Positions 13,494-26,722 are shown, counted from the first letter of the whole stretch. The stretch is 63,121 nucleotides of DNA, filler included, from Octopus bimaculoides (GCF_001194135.2; 3 parts of 3 records of this genome joined end to end with filler, not necessarily neighbours in it); one strand, 5' to 3'. Notes: a model not told the origin generated them from the sequence alone. Numbers and translations are program-made.

Positions 13494-13790
13494 GACGGTG
13501 GAGAGGGAAGTGTTGCCTTCTGGCAAGTTTGTTGAATGTTGGAAGAATGGTTGGTGTGAAAAAACCAATTTTGAGTATACACCTATGAAAATAAAAGAAG
13601 GGCCCTTTTCTCTGTTGATCAGGGACCCGTGGCATTTGTGGGGCCTCCCCTTTCCAGAGTTTTGATATTGTTTGTCATTGTTATTTATTGTTTACACGCG
13701 GAAAACCCTTTGTCTCGTGTTGTCACTTGTCATTTACTGTTTTGTTTATATCAGCCCTTGTGGCCAATAAAAGAAGAAATCATTATTATT
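13494..13790 (+). mobile_element. 3' end of a Tx1/L1-type non-LTR element (inferred)
   Basis: Resembles the end of the Tx1 copy at 41290-41610; terminates GCCCTTGTGGCCAATAAAAGAAGAAAT before (TAT)n. Confidence 0.45.
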
Positions 13791-14310
13791 ATTATTATTA
13801 TTATGCTTAAAGTTGAGTTTACTGGCAAAATCGTTATCGTTAGCATGATAGACAAAATGCTTGGCTGTATTTCATTCATGTTTCGTTCTGAGTTCAAATT
13901 CCACCAAGACTGTCTTTGCTTTTCATCCTTGCGGTGGNNNNNNNNNNNNNNNNNNNNNNNNNNNNNNNNNNNNNNNNNNNNNNNNNNNNNNNNNNNNNNN
14001 NNNNNNNNNNNNNNNNNNNNNNNNNNNNNNNNNNNNNNNNNNNNNNNNNNNNNNNNNNNNNNNNNNNNNNNNNNNNNNNNNNNNNNNNNNNNNNNNNNNN
14101 NNNNNNNNNNNNNNNNNNNNNNNNNNNNNNNNNNNNNNNNNNNNNNNNNNNNNNNNNNNNNNNNNNNNNNNNNNNNNNNNNNNNNNNNNNNNNNNNNNNN
14201 NNNNNNNNNNNNNNNNNNNNNNNNNNNNNNNNNNNNNNNNNNNNNNNNNNNNNNNNNNNNNNNNNNNNNNNNNNNNNNNNNNNNNNNNNNNNNNNNNNNN
14301 NNNNNNAAAT

Positions 14311-14341
<31 letters not shown>

Positions 14342-14359
14342 AATATATCTATATACACA

Positions 14360-14522
14360 ACAGGCTTCTTTCAGTTTCCGCCTATCAAATCCACTCACAA
14401 GGCTTTGGGCGACCCGAGGCTATAGTAGAAGACGCTTGCCCAAGGTACCACTCAGTGGGACTGAACGCGGAACCATGTGGTTGGTAAGCAAGCTACTTAC
14501 CACACAGCCACTCCTGCGCCTA
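14360..14522 (-). mobile_element. SINE family 2 (tRNA head plus CORE-like CCTTGGGCAAG), 5' half
   Basis: Reverse complement GGCGCAGGAGTGGCTGTGTGGTAAG..GTTCAGTCCC..ACCTTGGGCAAG; other copies at 15330-15460, 24206-24358, 25383-25500. Confidence 0.9.
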
Positions 14523-15695
14523 TAGCAAAAAAAAAAAAAATATTGGTATTTGTAACATTGATGCATCTCCAAAGACTACCACCATCATAATAATCTGGAG
14601 ATTGCATCGGTAACAAGGATGGCGGTGGGGAAGCTTGTACTTTTCTCTTACTTTTATTTATTTATTTTTAGTCCACCATATTATTGAAGTGGTAATAGTT
14701 ATTGATGTACATTGACTGTTCATTTCTCTTCTCTGATTCCTTAGTTTGGTTTTCTGCCTTTATGTGTGTGGGCGTGTGTGTGTGTGTGTGTGGAACCATA
14801 ATTCTTGGTGCCATATTTTAATCTCCTTTTGTTCTTGGGATGTTCATTTGATAAATCTTATTGAAGGAAAGGATTAATTTTTAATACTCCATAAAAACAA
14901 GAGACCCATATATTTTCAAAATTTTGTGTGTGTGTGTGTGCGCACATGGATGCATGCGTGCATGTACAAATGCATATACAAAATCCAGTTTTCTAAATCA
15001 GTAACTGTCGTGCTACTGCCACTCTCCATTTCTGAGGAATTACTCTATGGCAGACCGTACTTCAAAAGATGTCAGATGTCTTGGTGGTGGCGGCAGTGGA
15101 AGAAGTGGTGTTCTAGACAATCATCATCATCGTCTTCATCAGTTTTAACATCCACTTTTTCATACTTGCATGGGTCAGAAGGAATTCATTGATGCAGTGT
15201 TTTTAGGGTTAGAAACCCTTCCTGTCACTAACACTTCATTTGTTTCCAAGTAAGAGATGGAATTTCCCCCATGACCAGACATGTTTTCAGCAATGGTTAG
15301 AGACAAACAACATTCCTTTGTTACATATGATGAGCTTCTTTCAGTTTCCATCTACCAAATCCTCTCACTAGGCTTTGGTTAACTTGGGTCTATAGAAGAC
15401 GCTTGCCCAAAGCACTCTGCTGTGGGACTGAACCTAAGACCACATGGTTGAGAGGCAAGCTTTTGTCATTATCATCATCATAACATGCTTTTTCTTTTCC
15501 ATATTTGCATGGGTTGGACGGAATATTTTTCGAAGAGTTTCTATGGCTGGATGCCCTTCCCTGTCACCAACCCTCTCCTTTTTCCAAGTAAAGTAATATT
15601 TTCCCCACGTCCAGACACAAAAGATTGGAAAGAAAGGACACCTCTTGCATGGCAGTGACTCTCATTTACAACTAAGTCAAAGCAGGAAGACAGAA

Positions 15696-15728
<33 letters not shown>

Positions 15729-16031
15729 CTTCCCTACTTTTTTTACTCAGAAAATAGAAGTACATTTTTAAACGGTGTCAAGCATTTGGTACCTCAGGCC
15801 ATGTTTTTTCAATTACACACACACACACATACACATTGTTGACACAAGGCATCCCTCCCCCCACCTGATTTTCAATTTTAATTTCCAGTTATTTAGTATT
15901 CTTAAATGAATTACTGAATTTCAAAACTTTACTCAAAAATATCTTCCTTTATTATATTTTGGTCTGACATATTTTGCATCACATCTANNNNNNNNNNNNN
16001 NNNNNNNNNNNNNNNNNNNNNNNNNNNNNNN

Positions 16032-16043
16032 TTAATTAATTAA
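16032..16043. other. Artificial scaffold spacer N44-TTAATTAATTAA-N44
   Basis: Exactly 44 N on each side (100 bp total); identical construct at 43045-43056. Confidence 0.95.
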
Positions 16044-16087
16044 NNNNNNNNNNNNNNNNNNNNNNNNNNNNNNNNNNNNNNNNNNNN

Positions 16088-16127
<40 letters not shown>

Positions 16128-16529
16128 ACTCTCTCTCTCTCTCCCTCTCTCTTGGAGGAAAACACGATTTTATTGTTTGCAAGTGAACAAACAAATATTG
16201 ATATGAGAGGGACAACTGCTGTATTATTATCTTCTTTGTACTAAATTTGATTATTATTATACGTGCACACACACACATAATATGGACACACATATGGACA
16301 CACGTATGCAGCTATCTCTCTGCATTTGCAGATGCAATTTGGTCGTAATTGGATGTGTACTCATATAAATATAAAAGTTTGCACCAAGTTTTGACGCCAG
16401 AAAATATTGAAAACTATGTGAAATCACGCATTCAGGTGCACACATATACAATTAAAATCTATTACTGCATGTTCTAAAAATGTATAACACAGGTAACAAA
16501 TATGTCTGTGTGCGTACATAAAAATCTTT

Positions 16530-16735
16530 TCTAGTAAAGGCACACAGCCTGAAACTTTGGTGGAGGGGATAAGTCGATTATATGAACCCCAGTGAAACAC
16601 TGTTACTTAATTTATCGCCTCCGTAATATGAAAGGCAATGTCGATCTCGGAGGAATTGAACTCACAATGTAGCAACGGATGAAATGCCGCTAAGCATTTC
16701 GACCAGCATGCTAACGATGCTGGCGGCTCGCTGCT
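16530..16735 (-). mobile_element. SINE family 1
   Basis: Head, core and short tail recognisable. Confidence 0.85.
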
Positions 16736-17376
16736 TTCGTGTGCACGTACAATAGTAATGAAGTTTAATATAAGGGAGACAATAATCAAGAATGTGTTCC
16801 CACTCATATGAATATCTGCTTGTTTATTCTAAAAAAAAACACGTGCGAACTCACGTGATTCTATCGTAAATTTATTGTGTCTTCATGCAAATGGAGACGG
16901 ACTCCAACGTCTCATGCAATAGGCTTTAAAATTGTGAAGAGATATACTTCTCTTGACATGAAACCAATGGTAATCTGGTTAACCCACAAATAAATAATAT
17001 CTATCCATGAATGCGATGCTTAGCACTGTTTCTAACTGTTCGATATTAGGGCATATATATATATATATANNNNNNNNNNNNNNNNNNNNNNNNNNNNNNN
17101 NNNNNNNNNNNNNNNNNNNNNNNNNNNNNNNNNNNNNNNNNNNNNNNNNNNNNNNNNNNNNNNNNNNNNNNNNNNNNNNNNNNNNNNNNNNNNNNNNNNN
17201 NNNNNNNNNNNNNNNNNNNNNNNNNNNNNTATATATATATATAAATTTTATATATATATATATATATATATGTGTGTAATTGAGATCAGTTGAAATTGGT
17301 ACTTTAGGTGAAGCACCAAATCAGTGCGGTATTTCCTGTACAACTCAAAGTAAGGTGAATAAAATCAAAATTAACG

Positions 17377-19036
17377 ACAGGATATCAAGAAGTGATGCAG
17401 TGCGACAGTTTCAAACGGCTGCATGTAATTGAACAATGCAATCATTACATCAGTATAAATACAGGGCTATCCTCAGCTGCATAAATAAATAGAATTCTCA
17501 ATCAGTTTCCCATCTTAATATAATTTTACTCAAATTCTCTAAAAGAGCAAGAGGTGGGAAAGAGTCCATATTGCTACTAATGTAGCTAAGAATACACTAC
17601 ACTTCTAAGAACTGTATGAAGTTTGTTAGGGTCATAGTTTGTAAAGGATTTTGATTCATTTTTAATTTATTAGTCTTTTTTTTATCAACTACTAAATCTA
17701 AGACTAGAGGAGAGCGTCTGTTTAGAATGAAAGACAAGAGTGAGTTGGCAGTTTATTGTTGGGTATGATCATAAATATTGTCAGGATTTTCGGATTTCTA
17801 TCAGTAACTGTCTATAAAGGAAACTAGTTAGGGAAAGACCCCGAATCAAGATGTTAATTACCAGTTAAAAGGGCAAGACGCTAATAAAACCTATGATGTT
17901 AATACAGAGGAAATTATCATGGGGTACAATGGATGATTGTATATAAACAATATTGTTATGTTGTATGAAAATAAAATTTAAGATTACTAAAATTTATGTT
18001 ATAACCAGATTAGATAAAATGTGTATATATACCAATTTTCAACATTAGAAAGGGAAGATGACATAGAATTAGTTTAATAATCATTCCTGCACTTAATTAT
18101 TTACTTATTATGTGGTTTCTATAAAGATTGCTCTGGGTATTTACTTATGGAATACTGGGGCGATAAATCATGCTATCTGTATATTAATTATAAGCTAAGA
18201 ATCCGAAAAAAATCGGAAAAAATCAGTTGTGCACAGATACATACACATATGTAACTATGTGCACACATGCAAATATACACAAATATTTGTACTTTATTAC
18301 GAGTATGTTATAATCAACTCTCATAGACTTAAGTACCTAGAAAGCTTATACCTCTCTGTAACAATATTAATACCTTATAAGAGATAAGCGGTTAATAAGT
18401 AAAGCTATCAAACTAAGAGAAGAAAATAAATTATAGAGAATAGTAAGAAAAAATATATAACTTATTATATAAGAAAACTAGGGGCTAAGTTCACATCAGA
18501 CATGACACTAAAGATTAATTTCCTTATCTAGGTTCAAGTGTAGCACCTTTAAACGTTAATTTCGAAAATATTTAAATGTACGGGTGACACTATGTACGCA
18601 TTATACCCTTAGGTCTAATCTATTATTAATCAGGTTGTTCTTGCACCTATACTAAGTCTTATAAGTTTCCATAGAGCACAGCTCACACCCGTATCGACTA
18701 TCTCTATAAAGCTGCGCGTTCCGTATTATATCCCATTTAAGGCTAAATTCAATTCTGCTTTCCTTCAGTTCCCAAAATATTGCTTGATAAGGACGTACAA
18801 TTGGCCTTAGGTTTGAGCCTAAAAGATGAAAAATGGTTATTAATACGTTCTTCATATTTATTGACCATCCTATGTATACAAAGTTACCAGCTACAGTTGT
18901 GATTGTACATTTAAAATTTCTATATATTTATGCAGCTGCGGATAGGCCTTCATTTGAATTGGTTGTAATGATTGCATTGTTCAATTAAATGGAGTCGCTT
19001 GAAATGGTGGTATGACATCACCTCTTGATATCCTGT
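17377..19036 (-). mobile_element. Decayed Penelope-like element (GIY-YIG remnant) bounded by inverted ~120-bp terminal repeats
   Basis: 18652-18855 encodes IFWELKESRIEFSLKWDIIRNAQLY..CELCSME (Neptune-type endonuclease C-terminus); 17377-17496 is the reverse complement of 18915-19036 at roughly 75% identity. Confidence 0.65.
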
Positions 19037-19048
19037 TGCTTATTTTGG

Positions 19049-19138
<90 letters not shown>

Positions 19139-19809
19139 GTGTGTGTGTGTGTGTGTGTGCGTGTGTGTGTGTGTATGTGTATGTATGTGTGTTTGTGTGT
19201 GTTTGTGTGTGTCTGTGTGTCTGTCTGTCTGTGTTTATGTATATATATGTTTGTATATGTAATGTATTTGTGTATGAATATATATATGCATATATACATT
19301 AGATGTAATATTACTTAGTTTTCTCCTAATTTTCTTAACCTCAGGAAATATACACACACTCTTACGTCTGCTCGTTTTATTTGGATACGTGAGTATGTTG
19401 TGAGTATGTGTCTATAAAAGCTGCTTGTACTTGTATTTGTGATAAAATGTGTACGTGCATATCTTTTTACGCCTGACTACTTACATTATGATTAGATCTG
19501 AATATCGATTACGTAAGATCTAACAGTAAGATGTAATATATTTAGTTACACCCTCGTACGCCATACACACAAACATAAATACATTCGTGTGTCTGAGTGT
19601 GGGTGTGTGTATGCATGTGTACATTCCTTTATATATACGAATAGAAATATATTTACATAGATACATCCTGTCAACACAATACATATACTCTACTACTACT
19701 ACTATACTACTAACACTACTACTACTAACACTACTACTACTACTACTACTACGACAACTACTACTACTACCTCTACTACTTACAGGACTCCATGATGTCT
19801 ACAAGTAGT

Positions 19810-20200
19810 TAACGGGAGTTGATGCATCGCCAGCTTTGTTAACTGGCAATAATGCGCTAACTGGATTGGTTGACCCTCTACTGATCGTTGACTGAAGAGG
19901 CTCTTCTGTTCACACTGTGTCGTGTAGTTTCGTCGAAGCAATATCGAGGAAATGAAGGTCATATATTGCATAAAGATTAATACACCTAAATTCGCATCCA
20001 CCATGTTGCTCCCCATGGCTTCGATGTGACACTGGCTCGAACATCCTCGAGGTTAACTCCACTATATACACACCGTTGGATGGGCTTTGATTTTCATCCT
20101 GCAGTATGTCAAAATCACTTTCGTCACCAAGTAAACTTGGTGGATTTGCCGGTTTAGTCGCCGATCACCCGCCAATATGAGGTGTTCTACTAGGTTATAT
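19810..20200 (-). mobile_element. 5' fragment of a non-LTR retrotransposon related to the 30560 element
   Basis: Reverse complement TCGGCGACTAAACCGGCAAATCCACCAAGTTTACTTGGTGA matches 30566-30607. Confidence 0.6.
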
Positions 20201-22350
20201 GTTACCTGTTAGCACTTGAGAGAGAACTGACAATAATATATGTACATATATATATGTGTGTGTGTGTAGATGCCTACGTGTGTGTGTGTCTGTGTATGTG
20301 TGTGTGTATCTGTGTGTGTGTGTGTGTGACCCGTGACCATTCTCCTCTGTCTGTCCACTTCCTTTCTTCGCTTGACCGTTAACTCGTTCAGTCACGCTTC
20401 TCTCAGGCTCTACTTCCAATAGTCAGTTTGTTTCTTCACCGTTGTTTTCTCCCCTTCGTTCTATTTTCCAATCATCACGACTTTCTGTTCCCAGTTTTTG
20501 AGGCATTTTCCTTGTCGTACTCGTGTTATCCAATCCTTGTTTCACAGCCATATAGGCTTTAATTTTGTATATTGTATATTTCATTTCGTTTTTGTATATT
20601 TATATTCGTACCATTACTTGTGTCGTTTGTTTTCGTCACTGTCCACAACTTTAGCTCACTATTCCTAGCAGTTTTTCACCGCTGACGCCACCAAAAATGA
20701 AACATGGTTCCTGTTGAAAGCGTGAAATTGGAACGAGTTTTGGACGATAACTGATAAGGAATGAGAACGTTCATAACTGGTGTGTGTCCGTTCCGTTCGT
20801 TGTCTTGCCGAGCTCCTGTTCAACTTTTGTAACATTATTTAATTTAACATCATTCACCTATCTTTTCCCCTCTCTATATACATACGTACATACATACATA
20901 CATACATACAAAGATACATACATACATACATACATACATACGTATATATATACTAAACAAACCTTTCCGACGAACGGGAACGGGAAACTGAGTAACAGTT
21001 TTTGTGATATTTTTGCTGCTTTTTAATAAAGCATATTACTCTACCTCTAGTATTCGAGTACTATTTTTTTCACCTTGTTTCGCATGTATATACTTACTCT
21101 GGTATATANNNNNNNNNNNNNNNNNNNNNNNNNNNNNNNNNNNNNNNNNNNNNNNNNNNNNNNNNNNNNNNNNNNNNNNNNNNNNNNNNNNNNNNNNNNN
21201 NNNNNNNNNNNNNNNNNNNNNNNNNNNNNNNNNNNNNNNNNNNNNNNNNNNNNNNNNNNNNNNNNNNNNNNNNNNNNNNNNNNNNNNNNNNNNNNNNNNN
21301 NNNNNNNNNNNNNNNNNNNNNNNNNNNNNNNNNNNNNNNNNNNNNNNNNNNNNNNNNNNNNNNNNNNNNNNNNNNNNNNNNNNNNNNNNNNNNNNNNNNN
21401 NNNNNNNNNNNNNNNNNNNNNNNNNNNNNNNNNNNNNNNNNNNNNNNNNNNNNNNNNNNNNNNNNNNNNNNNNNNNNNNNNNNNNNNNNNNNNNNNNNNN
21501 NNNNNNNNNNNNNNNNNNNNNNNNNNNNNNNNNNNNNNNNNNNNNNNNNNNNNNNNNNNNNNNNNNNNNNNNNNNNNNNNNNNNNNNNNNNNNNNNNNNN
21601 NNNNNNNNNNNNNNNNNNNNNNNNNNNNNNTATATATATATATATATGTATGTATGTATGTATGTAGACGCACATACACACTAATAATAAGTAAATGTTC
21701 TCTACTGAGCACTAAATACGATATAGTTCCTTGTGTCCGACTATGAGTGCAACAATGAACATTGTTAATCTGAATGTCGGAAATGACTAAATAACGAATC
21801 GTGAGATTAAATTGTAGATTCCGTTTATACTCTCTCAACTCGTATTGTTGTTCTGTTAATCTGTTATTCTTTTATTAAGCAACATATTAGCAGGATTCAA
21901 AATTATTTTAATTTATAAATGATATAAAAATGTTTCTACATTAACTGTGTTACATTTTCGTTTTTAAGGACATGATTATTATGTTGTTGAAAATAACTCG
22001 ATACATATGTAATATTCTTTTAAAAGTTTTATTAAAATATCATTCTCAAAATATGAGAGAATATTCATTAACTTCATAATGTGACCCTCTAAAATAATTA
22101 ATTGTGCAAGCCACTCCATCCAGCGTTTAACAAATCGTATCCGCTACATGTTTTCTCTCATCTGTCCTTCAGTCAGGCACCAGATCTTACGTAATATGAA
22201 CCTACAAGAGCTATTTTTTGCCCAGATTTATTAAGTAAACGCCGCTAGTCGTTGTATTCTTTCAAGAGATTGATACACCTAATTGACTTTCAAATACACC
22301 GACTAGATTTGCTCACTCTTAGGATCAGCCCTACATCATATGTCCATGAC

Positions 22351-22389
<39 letters not shown>

Positions 22390-22392
<3 letters not shown>

Positions 22393-22700
22393 ACCAGATT
22401 ATCCGGCAAAGGTTTTGACTTCCCAAACCGATCTTGCTATCTCCTCACCTCCAATGTATGTGGAACACCAACTACTTTTTCAGACGCGATTGTAAACTGA
22501 GCCAAACTATGTTCTAGAGTTCCTTTACTCCTCGCTACACCAAACCTGTTATGTTTGCCTCTTCCTTCTAATGTAACACTTGTCCTTTTATCCACATATC
22601 AGCTCCTTATGCGCTTCTTGACCATCTTTCCAAATCACGGATCACTTGACCACAGTCACCCAGAATACTATTTACTGCCTCAAAACATATTGTACATTGG
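22390..22700 (-). mobile_element. Highly decayed LINE ORF2 C-terminus (RTE-like)
   Basis: Broken translation resembles the RLRW.GH..R / GRP.KTW region. Confidence 0.4.
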
Positions 22701-22769
22701 GAAAACTGCATTGATATTTAGTCATGAGACTGTTCAAAAAAGACTTCAAAAAGTAGCGACTTATTTTGA

Positions 22770-23493
22770 AATAAATATTTGGGTCCATGGTGTTATCAGT
22801 TACCTGCAAAAAAGGGTTAGTTCCCAAAGACATTCATGCTGCCATGGTTGCTACACATTAGGGGATGACGCTCCAGCATTATCAACAGTGGGCAGTTGGA
22901 TTTGGGAGGGAGCGTCTTGAAGATGACCCGTGGTCTGGAGATCTTGCAGTGCTACTATCAAGGAAACCATTGATCATGTTGACCACATGGTAAGTGGCAG
23001 GCGATTAACTATTTATCTGCAGAGTAAGTTATAGACTCAGTGTTTTGGGATATAAAGGCACTGTGTTTATTGACTATGTTCAAAATACTCACCGAGGCAG
23101 TTACGAAATGCTGTCAAGACCAAACGCCCATGAAAACTGAAAAAAGTGGGGGGTTTTGCATCAAGACAAAGCTCCAGCACACAAATCTTTGGTTTCAATG
23201 GCTGCTGTGCGTTCAATAGCTTTGAACTGGTTGATCACCTATCCTCTTGATTTGGCCCCACCTGAATACCATCTGTTTGTCAACACGAAAATACAGTTGG
23301 CTCGAGACCAGAGTTGCAATGGTGATGAAGTCATATCTGCTGATGTTGAGTGTTTTGACCAATCGGATGAAAGCTTTTTTACTAATGGGATCCAATCACT
23401 GCCACATCGATGGAAGAAGCGTGTCGAGTGCAAGGAATCCCATTTCATGAAAGTGCCTCAGTCAACCTATGAACTTCTCAGTCGACCCTCGTG
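22770..23493 (+). mobile_element. Mariner (DD34D-type) transposase relic, internally deleted
   Basis: KKGL.PKDIHA..LGDDAPALSTV; VFWD.KG.VFIDY; HQDKAPAH; DLAPPEYHLF; GIQSLPHRWKKRVE; right TIR CCTATGAACTTCTCAGTCGACCCTCGTG at 23466-23493. Confidence 0.9.
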
Positions 23494-23597
23494 CTTCAGC
23501 ACCTATTGTCCCACACACAATGCCCACACATTTTATTCCAATTATTTCATCCCGTCTCCCTCACCTGATGCACACACATACACACACACACACACAA

Positions 23598-23693
<96 letters not shown>

Positions 23694-24380
23694 AAACAAA
23701 TGAATACCTTATACATCTTTTCAACAGACTGCTGTCTCTCACGCTATTTTTCGTGATTACATCACTTACACTTCACTCTTCTAAAAGTGCTGTGTTTTCA
23801 CTATTCCCTCTTTACAACTCAAGCATAGTTTGCCTTTAACAAAGCTTTTATTTCTTTCCTTACCTCTTAACGAGAGAACATCATCTAAAACGCCGGACTT
23901 CCTCCTCTTCTTTAAAAAAATTAACTTTGCTCAAAGACCGCTCTTGCTTTGTATCCGACGTGGAGAATATTTACTTATGTTGATATCACTAACTACACTT
24001 ATGCAAACTAAGCACGGATTAATTTCTGATTTTCCTCGACTTTTCCGTATTGTATTAACTGCTTTATTAAAGAGGCAGAATGTCTCATAAAGATCAGGGC
24101 ATATATATGCACATACATACAAACATGCATATATACATATATATATATATGTGTGTGTGTATGTGTGTGTGTGCGTGTGCATGTACGTGCGAGTGTGTGT
24201 ATCTGAGCAGGCTATGGGGTAAGACGTTTCCTTCGTAAGTACATGACTCCGGCTCCAATCCCATTGCGTGTCACAGTGTGTCTTTCACTAGAGCTCCGGA
24301 CCGACCAAAAGCTCGTAATTTGTATTTGGTGGACGGAAACTGAAAGCAACCCGTCGCATATATATATATATATATATATA

Positions 24381-24608
24381 TATAAACATAATTAAGGGAA
24401 CAGCAACACAGTTGCTTCACCACATACCGAAGTTCAGAAATAGCAGCTAAAGTGCTGAAACTCCAACAGATAGCATTACTTGTAACTCACAAAAGCAAAA
24501 CAAGAAGAAAAGAATAACGAACCAATCTAGTCGTAGTTAACTACGACTAGTTCCTGAACTTCGGTATGTGGTGAAGCAACTCTTGCTGATCCCTTAATTA
24601 TGTTTATA
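24381..24608. repeat. Fold-back element: ~58-60 bp inverted arms plus an internal 24-bp perfect palindrome
   Basis: 24381-24440 versus reverse complement of 24551-24608 (3-4 differences); CTAGTCGTAGTTAACTACGACTAG at 24527-24550. Confidence 0.9.
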
Positions 24609-25561
24609 AATGTATAAGAACTTTTAAATAAGTTCTTCACCGATAATGGTGTTTACATATCGAAGGGCTTGGTAANNNNNNNNNNNNNNNNNNNNNNNNN
24701 NNNNNNNNNNNNNNNNNNNNNNNNNNNNNNNNNNNNNNNNNNNNNNNNNNNNNNNNNNNNNNNNNNNNNNNNNNNNNNNNNNNNNNNNNNNNNNNNNNNN
24801 NNNNNNNNNNNNNNNNNNNNNNNNNNNNNNNNNNNNNNNNNNNNNNNNNNNNNNNNNNNNNNNNNNNNNNNNNNNNNNNNNNNNNNNNNNNNNNNNNNNN
24901 NNNNNNNNNNNNNNNNNNNNNNNNNNNNNNNNNNNNNNNNNNNNNNNNNNNNNNNNNNNNNNNNNNNNNNNNNNNNNNNNNNNNNNNNNNNNNNNNNNNN
25001 NNNNNNNNNNNNNNNNNNNNNNNNNNNNNNNNNNNNNNNNNNNNNNNNNNNNNNNNNNNNNNNNNNNNNNNNNNNNNNNNNNNNNNNNNNNNNNNNNNNN
25101 NNNNNNNNNNNNNNNNNNNNNNNNNNNNNNNNNNNNNNNNNNNNNNNNNNNNNNNNNNNNNNNNNNNNNNNNNNNNNNNNNNNNNNNNNNNNNNNNNNNN
25201 NNNNNNNNNNNNNNNNNNNNNNNNNNNNNNNNNNNNNNNNNNNNNNNNNNNNNNNNNNNNNNNNNNNNNNNNNNNNNNNNNNNNNNNNNNNNNNNNNNNN
25301 NNNNNNNNNNNNNNNNNNNNNNNNNNNNNNNNNNNNNNNNNNNNNNNNNNNNNNNNNNNNNNNNNNNNNNNNNNNNNNNNNNCAATTTCCGTCTACCAAA
25401 TCCACTCACAAGGTTTTGATTGGCCCGAGTCTATAGTAGAAGACTCTTCCCCAATGTCCAACGCAGTGGGACTGAACCCGGAACCATGTGATTGGAATGC
25501 AAACTTTATATTACACACCCACATCTACGCCTATATATATATATGTGAACGGTGTGGGTGC

Positions 25562-25592
<31 letters not shown>

Positions 25593-25649
25593 CGTGCGTG
25601 AGTATGTGTTTGTGTGTGTGTGCGTGTGTGCGTGTGCTTGTAGGTCTTT

Positions 25650-25850
25650 GTATATGTCCTACACTACTGCTTGACAATCGGAGTCGGATTGTTTACTTTC
25701 CTGTAACATAGCGGTTCAGCATAAGAGACCGATAGGATAATTGTCAGGATTAAAGACAATAAGTACTGGGGTCGATTCCTTCGACTAAAACCCTTCAAAA
25801 CAGTGCTACAGCATCGTAGCATTCTTATGATTAAAAGATGTAAAAGGTAA
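25650..25850 (+). mobile_element. SINE family 2, 3' body
   Basis: CTTGACAATCG..GTTTACTTTCCTGTAACATAGCGGTTC..CTGGGGTCGATTCCTTCGACTAAA. Confidence 0.75.
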
Positions 25851-26665
25851 AAGATTTATGTTTATGCATGCGTGTATGGNNNNNNNNNNNNNNNNNNNNN
25901 NNNNNNNNNNNNNNNNNNNNNNNNNNNNNNNNNNNNNNNNNNNNNNNNNNNNNNNNNNNNNNNNNNNNNNNNNNNNNNNNNNNNNNNNNNNNNNNNNNNN
26001 NNNNNNNNNNNNNNNNNNNNNNNNNNNNNNNNNNNNNNNNNNNNNNNNNNNNNNNNNNNNNNNNNNNNNNNNNNNNNNNNNNNNNNNNNNNNNNNNNNNN
26101 NNNNNNNNNNNNNNNNNNNNNNNNNNNNNNNNNNNNNNNNNNNNNNNNNNNNNNNNNNNNNNNNNNNNNNNNNNNNNNNNNNNNNNNNNNNNNNNNNNNN
26201 NNNNNNNNNNNNNNNNNNNNNNNNNNNNNNNNNNNNNNNNNNNNNNNNNNNNNNNNNNNNNNNNNNNNNNNNNNNNNNNNNNNNNNNNNNNNNNNNNNNN
26301 NNNNNNNNNNNNNNNNNNNNNNNNNNNNNNNNNNNNNNNNNNNNNNNNNNNNNNNNNNNNNNNNNNNNNNNNNNNNNNNNNNNNNNNNNNNNNNNNNNNN
26401 NNNNNNNNNNNNNNNNNNNNNNNNNNNNNNNNNNNNNNNNNNNNNNNNNNNNNNNNNNNNNNNNNNNNNNNNNNNNNNNNNNNNNNNNNNNNNNNNNNNN
26501 NNNNNNNNNNNNNNNNNNNNNNNNNNNNNNNNNNNNNNNNNNNNNNNNNNNNNNNNNNNNNNNNNNNNNNNNNNNNNNNNNNNNNNNNNNNNNNNNNNNN
26601 NNNNNNNNNNNNNNNNNNNNNNNNNNNNNNNNNNNNNNNNNNNNNNNNNNNNNNNNNNNNNNNNN

Positions 26666-26722
<57 letters not shown>

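Noticed and set aside
16032-16043. TTAATTAATTAA island, repeated at 43045-43056
   Set aside because: Both sit in an exact 44N+12+44N block; synthetic all-frame-stop scaffold spacer, not biology
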